Shown here piece by piece: positions 36,401 through 49,570 of a stretch of DNA of 64,000 nucleotides. The position numbers were made by a program, and so were the translations under genes. Position 1 is the first letter of the stretch, and each line of letters begins with the position of its first letter. Below the pieces are notes generated by a model. That model was given only the letters and a program-made list of their open reading frames with translations. It ran no database searches and was not told the origin of the DNA. The DNA is from Felis catus (Eukaryota): the NCBI RefSeq assembly GCF_018350175.1, contig NC_058369.1, positions 7,504,001 through 7,568,000 of the forward strand. Direction: 5' to 3'.

Positions 36401-39400
36401 GGGACCCTCATGGCCTGGGTGACCCTGGGGAAAGAAGTTGTCAGGGACCCGGATTTGCCATCCAAATTCCCAAGCCTCCCCCTCCTCCTTCCTCCTTCTG
36501 CCAGCACCCACTTCTCACCGGAGGGCCATCAGATCCTTGAATGCCTGGAATACCTGGATTTCCAGGGGGCCCCTGAAAGAAGATGAACAGTAGGGAGAGA
36601 CACAGAGTCTCAGTCTGGCATCCCACCAAGAACAGCCCTACTCAGACATGCAGCGACATCAAGGTCACAGAACAAGCACACCCCACAGGCTACAGAACCT
36701 CTCCCTAGCTCTGCCCAGTCTTACTGAGTGACCCTGGGCCAGCCCCTTTCCCTCTCTGAACCTCAGAAATCCTTCACTCCTGGGAGAGTGGAGACAAAGG
36801 AGGTAAAAACAGGGTGAGGAACACGTTGGGCTGGGGGACTCCCCAGCTACATCCCTTTCTTTAGAAGTGCCTCCACCTTCATCTGAGAGAGGTGGGCCTA
36901 GACAGGCATGAGGTGACCCCTGTGTTCTGCGAATAGTTGATAGGTCCAGAGGCGGGCACTGGGTCCAACTAAACCAATCATTTTCTTCTGAGAATTTGAG
37001 GTAAGCGACGTCTCACTTCATAGAAACTATGATCAGGTGGGTTTAGGTAAAGAAACTATAAGGCCATGCGGAGCTGGGGGCTGAAATGGTGATAAATCGT
37101 GCAGAAACGGGACTGGCGGGGGGTGGACAAAGACACGTGCAGGAAAAAGCCTGTCTGCTTGAGGGAGAGGGAACACATGTGCCGGGGAATAAAGATGACA
37201 CCACAGGACCCCAGAGAAAGGCCTTCCTGGCCCATGGGTCTCGCTAATATTTTTGATGACAGTGGCTTCTGTGGGTTCCCCTAAATCCTGACAATGTGGC
37301 CTTATTTCCGTTTCTCCCAATCAACCCTTTCCCGTCAGTGATTTTTTTTTTTTTTAAACTCTCAGCTTGCCGAAGGATTGTTGCGATTCACCATTATCCA
37401 GGGCTAACCACAGGGCCCTGGTGGGAAGCTTTTCCTGCAGCAGAATTGAAGGAAGAAGACAGGAGAAGGTGGTGGTAGGTGGGGTTGTCACTCACCTTCT
37501 CCCCAGGAGTGCCAATGGGCCCCTGGGGGCCAGGGAGTCCCTGGGGACATAAAGAAAGAAAAAAAAAAAAAAGGAAGACATGAGAAATGAGCAATGAACT
37601 GGGGGGGGGGGAGGCCAGGAGGGGTCTATGACCATGGCCGACTGCTGTCAAACCCCGGTTATTGAAATCGTTAGCTCAAACCTGGGATCCAGGATTTCCC
37701 TGCTGTCCTGGAGGGCCTGGTTCTCCCGGAGGACCCTGGGGAGAAAGTGGGGGTGCTGTGACTCTGGAAGGGACCCCAGCGTGGAGGTGCCAGTGAAGTT
37801 GACAAGGGGGCCAGGGGAGTGCACAGGGATATGGACAGATGGCCACGGGGTCAGCGCATCAGAAAGCGCTGGGGGTCAGAAGGCGGGACACATACCACAT
37901 TTCCCTTGGCTCCCGGAGCACCATCAATCCCAAGTACACCCTGGGGGAGGAGAGGGTGTGAGACCCGGGCAGATACCACACAGGAGCCTGAGTCTGAGAC
38001 ACCGAGAGGTACAGGTGGGAAGATGAGCAGGCAGCGAAATCAGGTAACAGAAATGGGCACGCAGAGGAGACAGAGGTGAGCGGAAGACAAGCAGAGAGGT
38101 GGACAGATAGCGACAGTCTCACCGGGCGTCCCAGGGGACCAGGGGAGCCTCTAGGGCCGATCAGTCCTCGGGGGCCCTGCAAGGAGGTAGGAGCATTATT
38201 CCAGCACCCCTGCTCTGAGGCCCCGTGAGTCCTGGCTCCTTCCCCTGGGCCAGGCAAAGGGGCCTGAGGGCCCTGGTACTCACCGGTTCCCCAGCCTGGC
38301 CTGTGGGCCCCGGAGGTCCCTCTGCTCCCTGTGGGAAAGCATTCATCACTTGGTGAGGGGGGGGTGGGGAGTACAACCCTCAGAAAACCACCTTTCCTCA
38401 TCTGGGCACCTCTTCCAGGGGATCCCAGAGCCAGAGTGTAAGGCAGTAACCAACAGACTGAGCACACGTGATTCAGTTCGGGCCCCTGACCCCAAACCTG
38501 AGTCCCACCTACCAACTCTGGTACTAGCTCCCAGCCCTCAGTCTACCTTTTTGAGCCCCACTGAGGATCCTGGCCCTCCAGCACAGAACCTCACCTCTCA
38601 TCCCGGCCCCTGAAGACTCCATTCCTCTCTGACTCTCACTCTAAACCATTCCCTCTCTTCCCCAAACTTACCTTCTCACCATCCTCTCCTGGGGGGCCAG
38701 GTTGCCCCACATGGCCAAAGTCACCCTGGAGTTAGGAGGGGGGGGCGTTCAGAGTGGAGATGTGAGGGTAGAGACCAGCCTCCCAGGGAAGGACATGCGG
38801 CACCAGAATGAGAGCTCGGACATGGGGATGGGGATTCTGACCCTGGGGGTGGGGAGGGCATCCTGAATACTGGGAGGCTTGACATGCAGGAGGGGCCTCA
38901 CACACTCACCCTTTGGCCCTTCTCACCAGGCAGCCCTGGCAGGCCGTCAAAGCCCCGATCACCCTGCACAAAGAGACACCGCCTGAACCCCAAATCCTCG
39001 ACCCAACCGTCCCTCCAAGTCCCGAACCTGACCTTATCACCTACCTTAGGTCCTGTGTCCCCTGGGAGGCCCCGGGCCCCATCCGCTCCAGAGCGGCCCT
39101 GTCAGGGAGGTGACAACATCAAGACACCCATCGCTGTCTGTTGAGCTCCTCCCTCATGAAGAATCCTGGGGGACTCTCTGTGTATCAGTTTAACCTCCCA
39201 AACACATCTCAAACCCGTCCACTGTTCTTTATCTCCAGGCCCTTTCCCCGAGTGCACACCACCAGGATCACAAAAATTAAAATCTCCGGTCTCCATTAAT
39301 TGTCCCAGTTCTTCATTCCCCGCTGCATTTAAAAGTTGTCTGGAGTGGGGCGCCTGGGTGGCGCAGTCGGTTAAGCCTCCGACTTCAGCCAGGTCACGAT

Positions 39401-42400
39401 CTCGCGGTCCGTGAGTTCGAGCCCCGCGTCGGGCTCTGGACTGATGGCTCGGAGCCTGGAGCCTGTTTCCGATTCTGTGTCTCCCTCTCTCTCTGCCCCT
39501 CCCCCGCTCATGCTCTGTCTCTCTCTGTCCCAAAAATAAATAAACATTGAAAAAAAATTTAAAAAAAAATAAAAATAAAAATAAAAATAAAAATTGTCTG
39601 GAATTATCTTGCTCATCATCTCCCTCAGTATACCAGTCTTTTCTTTTGCGCATGCTGTTCCTTCTACCGGAATGCCCTTCCTCTCCTGTTTACTTGGTTA
39701 AACCTCAGACCTCAGTTCAAGCATCATTCTCTCTAGAAAGTCCTCCTTGGCTCTGTGACCTGACCAGATCCCTTTGTGACAAACTCAGTGGAGCTGCCAT
39801 TCTCCGTCCTCGGTGCCCTTATCCCACCAATGACACCAGCAGACCCTGCGGGCACGGAGCCAAGACTCCTGTTGGGTGTTGAGGGATAGATGAGGGATGG
39901 CCTAAAGACTTACGAGTTACTCACCATCTTTCCCTCCCGGCCAGGGGGCCCAAGAGGTCCCTGAAGGCCTCGGGGACCCTAGGAGAGAAAAGGAGGAAGA
40001 AAACGGAGAACAAGAAGGAGAAAGGACTTATTTTTAATCATTCTCTAGGAAGGGCAGCAATTGCAAAGGTATCCTCAGCCCCTTTGTCATTGTCCTCAAA
40101 CAGCACTTTATCCTGTGGCTCCGGGAGAAGACCCTTCCCCTCCAATCCTGGCCCCATCCCCACCAGCCTCACCTGTGGCCCCATTTCTCCCATCTCTCCT
40201 TTCTGACCGGGATACCCAGGGAGACCCTTGGAGGAAAGAGATGGGGAAATGGAATTAGAGGGAGGTTGCCCTTCTCCACTGATGTGTCCCCCTCCTCTGT
40301 ACAGTCTCCTTACTCACCACAGGGCCTGGGCGCCCAGTGAGCCCCACCGGACCAGGAGGACCTTTCATAGACAGCTGGAAAGATGGGGGAAACAGATCCT
40401 CAGGTCTCCCACAAAACCCCAACACCCTCCAAAAGAGCATCTTCAGGAGACAAACATCCACCTGCCCCCCGACTAGCCTCCATTATCCCCATCTCTGTCA
40501 CTCCCTCAATGTCCTCCCATTACCCCCCGTTGGTCCCCTGATTATCTTCCACTCACCTGAGCCTGTTGCAGGACTGCCTGCGCCTGGGCTTGCTGGAAGG
40601 AGACTGGGGGTCCTTTGAGGGAGCTGCTTGCAAACTGGAACTAGGGGGCAGCTAGTCATGAGGGGGGCCCAAGGAGAGGCCCCTCCTGGGTCAGGACTAC
40701 AGCCCTCAAGGATGTGCTACCCTATCCCCCTCTTACCGGCATCATGATCACAGTGCCTGGTAGACCCCGGATGCCATCGATGCCAGGGATTCCAGGGAGG
40801 CCAGCAGGACCCTGAGAGAGGGAGAGACACAGAGGGGGATGGAGGCAGAGAGATAGACAGAGATGAGAGATAGAGATAGAGGGGGAGAGGGGAGAGACCG
40901 AGACACAGGGAGAAAGAGGTGAAGGACACTCAGGGATAGAGACAGATGGAAGGACAAAAGCAGGGGATACACCCCCAGAGACAGGACATGGGCCAGAGTG
41001 ACAATTTACAGATGGAAAGAGAGATGAGCAAGTGGGGCCAGTGCCAGCTTCAGTGTGGTGTCCTCAGTCCCTGCCTCCCAGATCCATGTTCAGACATACA
41101 CGTGCCCACCTTTGGCCACATGGCCCAAAACCTCACCCCCCCCAAAAGGATACAACCCAGAGGGAGTCTCTTACCGGTAGACCAGGGTCTCCAGGGAATC
41201 CTGGGGGGCCGGGAGGGCCTGAGGGGCCGACCACTCCCTGTTGGGGACAGAGAACAGAGGTTCATAAGGAGTGCAAAGCTCGAGCCAGGCCAACTTCTGA
41301 CCCACCACTGACTCTGACCCCATGCAGACCTCCTTACCCATCACTGAGCCATTCCTGGCCCCTCAGTACTATATTGACCCATACCACCCCCCAACTTTAC
41401 ATCCCAACCCCTATTTTGATTCACCCTTTGAGCCTCAAATATGCAATAATCTTTTAACGATATGGCAATGTTACACCTCAACCCTCCACCCCCGGGTCTC
41501 AAATACCCCAACTAGAATAGAAAGGAAGAGGGGGGTGCAGCCATCACTCACTCGGGGTCCTGGGGCTCCTGGAGGTCCCTCAAACTGCTGTCCCTGAGGG
41601 AGAAATGAGTGTGACCCCCGTTCTAGCCCAGACCTCTCCACCTCCTCCTAGCCCCACGCCCCTCACCTGTTCAATCACTGCTGGTTCCCCTTTTGCTCCC
41701 TTCTCTCCAGCACCCTGGGGCAGGGGAATGAACAGAAAAGACATGTGAGCCCTGACCATGGTCAAGGAGAAGAGCATGAACTTCAGGGTGTGCTGTGGGG
41801 TCCTAATCCTGGAGCTGCCTCTCACTATCTGGTGACGGGGAACAACTTATTCGACTCCTATGGCCTCACCTGCAGAGTCAGTAGGCAAATGATAACAGTG
41901 TATGTCCCCCAGGAAGAAGAATAAATTAAAACAATGGTCGACACATAACAAGCCCTCAGGGTAGGTTGGCTATGAGCATTCCCCTCCTCCCTTGCCCAAT
42001 ACCAAGGCTAGAACCTGGGACCCTTCCCAGTCTGCACTATTTTCCGAAGCAATCTTGTCCAATCCCTTGGCTAAAGGTAGCATCCCTCCGGTTGATGGTT
42101 CCCAAGTCTTTATCTCCAGCCTAGACCATGTCCCTTGAACTCCAGAATCTTCTAAACAATCACCCACTTGGCATCTCCATTTGGATGCCAAGCAGGGGTT
42201 GCCAATTTAGCACATCCAAAATGGGACCCTTGATGCTTTCCACCCGCTCTTCCTTTAGGCGTCCCCATCTTGTTCAAAGGTGCCACCATGCATCGGCTAA
42301 GTCATCCTCGCATCTTTCTCCATCTCCAGTAGCAAGACCGGCCCAGATCTGTCCACTTCTTTCTGTCCCCACTGTCACCACCTTGCTCCAGGTCACCAGG

Positions 42401-45400
42401 CTCTTGTTGCACAGACCACTGGTTTCCCTGCTGCCCCTCTGGCTCCCCCTACAGTCCATATGCTGTTCAGCAGCCAGAAAGAGCTTTTAAAGCTCCAAGT
42501 CCGATCAGGCTCCATGAGCTTGATCAAGAGGTTTCTCATCACGCTTGGACTAAAGGCCAAATGCATAATTCTATACACAGAGCCATCCATTCGCGAAGTT
42601 CCTGTCACATCAGCATAGTGATAATATTTAGCAACTACAGTGGGGTGGTGGGAAGGCATTCTAGGCAAGATTAACAGAAGGCAAAAGAGAAAATGTGGTC
42701 CTATGTGGTTCCAGGCAGGACCTCCTCCCCGCCCCCCCCCCCCACACTCAAATACTCAGACTCACAGAAAAAATCTGGAACTGAGTCTGTGATGGCTGCT
42801 CTGCTGCCCGGAAGACAGGGACAATGGTAGGGCCACCTCCTTCTTTGTCTTCTTTGGCTAACTTAGTCTCCAGGGTCCTCAGTTCTGTTCCACTGTCAGG
42901 GTCCAGGGGCCCCTGAGAACATTGTGACAGACCCAAGTTTGTCCCTGATGTCCTCATTGTCTGCCACCGCCAGTTCCCAGGACTTTCCCTTCCCTTCCCT
43001 TCCAGCCCCGTCCACTTCCCACCGACCTCTAGCATGGTGACATTGTGGCCAATAGTCACAGTGGTGGTCATGACCAAAGGTGTGGGAATCGGAGGTAAAG
43101 TTGAAGCTGGTGTCTCTGTTTGGGGGATGTCAGTGGAGGTCTGCAGCAGGGACAGAAGAAGTATCAGTCCCCCAGGGGAAGCTAGACCCTGCCCCCGCCC
43201 CCAGCAATGCCCAGTCCGAGGAAGGAAACAAAGGAGGACTCCCCCAAAAAACCATCAGCGGGGTGTAAGGTAGGGGACTGGGACTGGTCAATGGAGGCAA
43301 ATGTGTTCTGACTGGATCAGGACAGCCGCCAGCAGGGGGAGGCCTCTTGTGTGGAAGAAGAGCAAGGCTGGGTCAGGTCTGGGAGACCTAGAAGGCAGAG
43401 TGGGGCTGGCTCGATAACCACAGTCAAGGTCCAGTACTCGGGGCCAGACTCCGAGAAGCCCACCCCACATGTCTTCTCCCAAGGCAGAGCTCAGTGGTCA
43501 GCCAGCCAGGCCACAATTAGAGAGGCCTGGACAGCTGTAGAGAAATTTGGTCAAGGGCACAAAGAGGGTAGTAGAGGCCCAGGCCCTTCCTGAGGAAGGG
43601 GTTGGGGAGGGGTTCTTTTTCTGGGCCTGAAGTGATCATTTCTTTCTCTCCACTGAGTTAGTACATCAGTGAGAACAGATGGAATGTAACCAGTGACTCT
43701 CCCCCAACCAATGGCCTGCACCAAGGATGCCTACCCAGTGACTCACCAGCTAATGATCTCCCATTAATGACCTCTAATGATTCCTACAACCAGGGGCCCA
43801 TTAGCGACTCCCTAATTAATGACCCCCATCAATATCCCCTGACTAATGATCCCACTAAGGGACTTAACCAATGACCCCTCCAACTAATAGCTCACATCAC
43901 TGGCTTTTATTCCTATAACTAGTTATTTCTGTAACTAGTGATCCATCAGCGGCCCCTGCAGTCAATGACTACAACCATTTACTCTCCCATCCAGTGACCT
44001 CCCCAACCAATGACCCCCTCCACAACAAGTACTAGCTAGTAGACCCTCAACTACTAAGCCTTACCAGTGACCCCCTAATCAATTATTCCCCTAACCAGTG
44101 ATCCTCCAACAACAAGCAACCATGAGCGAGCCCATCTATTGCTACCCCACCAATGACCCCAAACAGTAATTTCACTAATCAGTGACCCATCAATGCCTTC
44201 CCAACTAATAATCCATCAGGGACTCCCAAACCAATTATCTCATCCATGACCCCTGAAAGTCATTTCTCCAACTGGTGACTATAACTGGTGACCCCACTAG
44301 TGCCTTCTAATCAGTGGTCCCCTACTGATGACCTACCTTCCTTCCCAACTAATAATCCCCATCAATGGCCCCTTCCCATTAACCCTAAACCAGTGGCAAC
44401 AATAACACCAACAGTGGTCTCTATCAGTGACTTCCAACAATGACCCCCACTTAGGAACCTCTCAAACATCAACCTCAATCAATATCTCCCTTTAGTGACC
44501 TCCCAACCCACAATCTCTATCAGGAAAGCCAAATAGTGCCCCCCCAGTTAGACTTCTCCAATGAATAACCCTCACCAGTTACCTAGACCAATCAATCCCA
44601 AACAATGACACTCTAACTAATGAACCCATTATTCACTCCAGCTAACTGCTGCCCTTAAGCAGTAGCCTCCATCAAGAACCTCCTAATATAAGGTAATCAT
44701 CTGGGTTTGCCCCTTTCCTCCAGCCCCAAAAACTGGACATTGAGGAGCAGAGATGAGAAAGCTCATAAGACAGTTCCAGCCCCCCTGCCACACAGACATA
44801 GATATCAGTCAGCTGAGACAAGTCAAAGGTCAGGGATTGGAGACCAAAGGCATAGAACTTGAATGAGGTACCAGCAGTCAGTAGGAATCAGAGACCAGAG
44901 GTCAGGCAGTCAAAGAGCAGAGGTGAGTGGCTGCAGATCCCTTACCTGGTTCTCCAGGGAGCCAGGAGGTAGGCTTGGGGTCAAAGTCTCCTTGTTCTTC
45001 TTCTTCTTCCTGCCCTTCCCCTTACGACCTCGCCCTTTTTTCTTCCCTTTTCCCTTCCCCTTACGTCGTCGAGGGGCTGGAGTTTCTGGCTCACCCTGGG
45101 GGGCCTGGGAAGAGGACCTCCATCAGGTCCAGAGCCCCTCAGTGGAGCCCCCATGGCTCAGTCATCTGGGACCATGCTGGCACATGGCTCATTGGTCCCA
45201 TGTTTTGAACCCAGGGCTCACTCAGTCCTGTGACCTAGGGTCAAGCATACGATCTGGATCCAAGAATCACTCAGTTATGTGACTTAGATCAAGGTCACTC
45301 ATGCCTAGGATCTTCTTGAGGGCAGGAGTCACTCAGTCCCAGGTAGGGGTCAGAATTCACTCATTCCTGAGATCTGGATCCAGGGATGATTCAGCCTGAC

Positions 45401-48163
45401 CTCAGGACAAACGCCTCACTTACCCCTGTGGCTACAGGGTCCAGGTTGTCACAGCCAGGAAGGTACCGCTCACAGGCCTGGAAGGCAGCCTGAGGATCTG
45501 GACTTATCAGCAACTCCTGAATATCTCCCTGGGGAGAGGATGGGGGCCAGGGAAAGAAAGCCACAGGCTGACTCTGACACCCTATTCCAAGCACCAAGGC
45601 TTGGTATTTCTCTACCCAGGGCCCCATAAGTATAAAGAGGGGGTGGCCCCACCACAGCCCCCACAATCCCTCTGAGAGGGAGGAAGATTCTGTCACGGTC
45701 ACACCAAATCATAGCCATAAATCATACCCTACAACACCTGTCCCATCAGAGGCACATTTATTCCTTTGCCCCCAGGCACCTGACACCTAATATGTGCCAG
45801 GTACCCTTTAAGGTATTGGGGATAAGGAGGGGAACAAGACGAATGTGGTCCCTGGCCCCCTGGAGGGGACACACATCACAACCACACACAGTCACACACC
45901 ATCGTAGCAACCAGTACAGTCCCACGTCTCCACCGTATTCTACCACGAGTCAAGTATGCACTATCGCGTACTGTTGTTTTGTGGCTCTACAATCTCACGC
46001 ACCACAAGATGCACAACGATGCATTCCACTCCCTCTCCTCAGCTTCCTGGACCTGGGGTGAAGCTGGACAAAACGCCTTCCCGTCCCCTGCCTCAGTTTC
46101 CCCGACCACTGAACCCCTACCTCAAAAGTCTCCTCCCCGAGGTCCTGGGTTCCCAACACAGTGAGTCCAGCCGTGCTAATGAATCGAGGCCCCTGGCCCA
46201 ACGTGGGGGGCTGAGGTTCACAGTCGGCCACCAGAGTCACCATCCTGCCATCCACACTGATTGCCACACGGTGCCACCTGCAAGAGGACAGTCTCAGTGG
46301 GGGGTGCTTCTCACCCCACTTCTCTCTGGACCCCAACCTTCCCTATACTCACCTGCCATCCATGAGGTTGACCTGCTGGGGGAGGGGGCTGAAGGAGTCA
46401 CCTAGGAGACCCAGAGCTGGCCCCAGAGCCAGGCCCAGCTGCCGAGCACCACCCTCATCATAAATGGACAGAAGGACAGATTGGTTGGCTGGCTGGCCCC
46501 GCAGAGTGATCAGCACGGAAAAGTTCTCGGGAAAGTGCCCATCTGAAGGGGCAGAGGGAAAGGGGCAGCTTAGAGGGCCTGGCAGGGACCCATGCTCCCA
46601 GGATGACTCCCCCCAACCCCTCCTGCACTGACTCACCTGGAAAAAGCTCCCACGTAGGGATGCCAAGTGTGGTGGCCTTGCCAACCCTGAATGCCCGGTC
46701 ACCCTCCGGGGCCCTCTGGGGGCAGAAGCCAGGCCCTTCGGAGACCCCAGCCTGGCCCCCTCGCACACCCAGGGCCTTCAGCACATCCACAGGGTCTGCT
46801 GTAGAGAGAAGCCGGGGTGCAGGGCAGTTAAAACAAATCTAGGACTCCATGTGAGTAGCTCAGGTTTGGGGGCTTCAGCCCCCCACGGTGTTTGTGGGTC
46901 AGAGAGAAGGAGCAGGCGCGGGACCTGACCCATCTCACCACCCCACAGCTGTTCCAGCCTCGTCAGCCTGTTGACTCCTGCTCCCCACCACCCCCCCGCT
47001 TGGTTTTTGGTAGGGGAAAAAAAAAAGCTGACCTACTTCTGGGATGAATCAAGGCTTCCTGGCCTGAGCCCCAGAGCCAGACTGTCCCCCTCTCTGCTCT
47101 CCCCCGCACCAACTCCCTGGGGCTGCTTCCCAGCCTGAAGCCCCCTGCCAGGGGAAACCCGCTTGGAGGGGGGGGGGTGTTTCCCCCACCTCCTCCCTCT
47201 GACCTCCTCCTTTGACTGCCACTTCCTCTGAATTCCTCCTCCCTGATCATCACCCATGATCTACTCCGTTTCACCACTACCTCTCCTGACTTCTTCCTTC
47301 TGACCCCCTCCTTGATCACCATCACCCATGACCTCCTCTTTCTGCCTAACCCAGTCTCCTCCATCTGACCTGTGACCTCCCCATTTTATCACCTTCTCTG
47401 ACCTCCTCCTGATGACTGCCTCTCTCTAATAACCTCCTGACCTCCTCCCTCTGACCCTATCCCTCCTGACCTCCTCCCTCTGACCCTATCCCTCTTATCC
47501 TAGCAAAGGAGGGAACTGGTCTGGCCCAACCAGATCCTAATTCAGGCCATCCTACCAGCCCCACCCCGCACAGCAGGCCAGTGCTAAGTGGAACCACATG
47601 GCTTGGGCAGGGGAGGGCGGGGGCTTCCTCTGGGCCCAAAGCCCCTGCCCGCTCTCCCCTCCCCCCAGCAGACTGTCCCACTGACCCCCTGACCCAGCCT
47701 CTTGGCAGGAGTCAGATTCTGTCAAATCTGTCCATGACCTCACCCTGGGGGCGGTTCTACTGACCTCACCATTGGGAGTGAGGGTGGGGGGCCCGACTTG
47801 GGGGAGATAGGGGCTTGGATGAGGGACCCCCGTCCCAGCTCCTCCTGGGTCAGACCCTTCATTCTCCAGATTTACAGACCCTTATTCCAGCCTCCGATCA
47901 CTCTTGCCTCCAACCTCCTGTTCTGTCTTTCTCCTCTCCCCCTCCCTGCCCTCTCTCTGTCCCACTTTCTGTGTTGGTCTTTCCAGGTCTTTCTCTGCAT
48001 CCAACTCCGAATCAGTCTGTCTCTCTCACTCTCTTGTTTCCTAGCTCTTTCTGCGTGTCTCCTGGTACTTCATTGGTTCTCCTTCCTCTCTGTCTCTCTG
48101 TCCCTCTGTCCCTCCTCTCTCTCCCTCTCCCTCTCTCTCTCTCTATAGATAGATAGATAGATG

Positions 48164-48211
<48 letters not shown>

Positions 48212-48272
48212 TACATATACATATATAGCGCATATCTGGCAGGGGTTACTCTCCTCATCCCCCCTCTCTCTC

Positions 48273-48317
<45 letters not shown>

Positions 48318-49528
48318 CTGTTCTGCTGCTGCCACCACCAGCCCCGTCTCTAATTGCCTGTTCTCTGGCTAGGCTGTCATTAAGAGGTATTTGGGTTACA
48401 GTCCCCTGAGACTAAGATCTGGGCTCCCAGGCTCTGTCAACCACAAGGGTCACTCCCCCATGGAATGATCATCCCAGCTGCCCCCTCTCCAGGCTGGAGC
48501 CCCAGGGAGGGCTGAGAGTCATGACCCCGTACAGTGTGGCTCTCCCAGGCTTTCCCCTCACCCAGACCCCTGTCTCGATGCAGCAGGAATGGGTGTCCCC
48601 TCAACCAGCTGCTCACTCACATTTAAAAAGTCCTTCTCAGCACCTAACCCAAATGTCTCTTGCTTCAATCTTGCATATCTTCTGTAGTGACCTTTCAGAA
48701 ACTGACTGCCCTTTCTTTTCATGGCTGGCTTTGTGACAAGGGGACACACAAGAGGCATTGAGTCCTGCCTGCAGGGTCAGAGGGTGGGGGTCTGTCAGGG
48801 ACCCAGCCTGACCTTCCCCCACTCTCTCTCCTGTGCTGGTCAGGGCCCCAGGAAGATGTTGGATGGGGTCTAGGATATGAAGGGGGGCAGGCAGGGCCTA
48901 ACTAGGCTGGGGCATGGTTGGGATCTCCTCAGATGTTCAGGAGAGCACAGGTGTGGGTGTGGGTGCTACTGTGTACATGAGATTGTGTAAGCAAGTGCAT
49001 GACTCTGTATGGACCAGGGAATGTCTGAGCACGTCGTCAGCATAGGCCAAGGAGTTGGCCTACAATGGAGAGCCGAGGTGCAGCTATTTGATGTGCGGGT
49101 GGGTATCTCCTGGCAGTGAGTTCACAGTCTGGCTGGTCATGCAGGTGAGTCCGTAATTATAATAGGCGACACTTGAGATGGGGAACTGTGGTCACATGGG
49201 AGAGTACGGACAAGTCGGCAAGCAGGTGACTGGTTGTGAATGCTGACTGTGTTGTGTGGATACCAGTGCACACATGTGCAAGAGTTGGAACGTGTAGGAG
49301 GGTGACAAAGGCTGTGACCCTGTGGCGGGTGGCTGCTGGGGTTGCCTGGGGCGTGGGCCCCGGTGTTTCACTTTGGGGTGTCCCAGAGGGCTTATATTTT
49401 GAATGGATGCCTATGATGGCACGAATGTATGGATGTGTCAGCATGGGAATGGGACATAAGCCAATTTAGGATAATCCACGTGAACAGGCACCTCCCTGAA
49501 CTCCAGAGAAAGTGAGCAAGTGCAGGAT

Positions 49529-49570
<42 letters not shown>

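Noticed and set aside
39102..39653. Recurrent ORFs with [17 protein letters not shown] / AQSVKRPT motifs
   Set aside because: SINE translations, repeated at every SINE copy.
40227..40230. Unusual-looking AAG acceptors (exons 15 and 51) and weak donors (gtttga exon 23, gtcaga exon 38)
   Set aside because: All obey GT-AG and give exact 54/108-nt in-frame Gly-X-Y exons; no evidence of pseudogenisation or minor-class introns.
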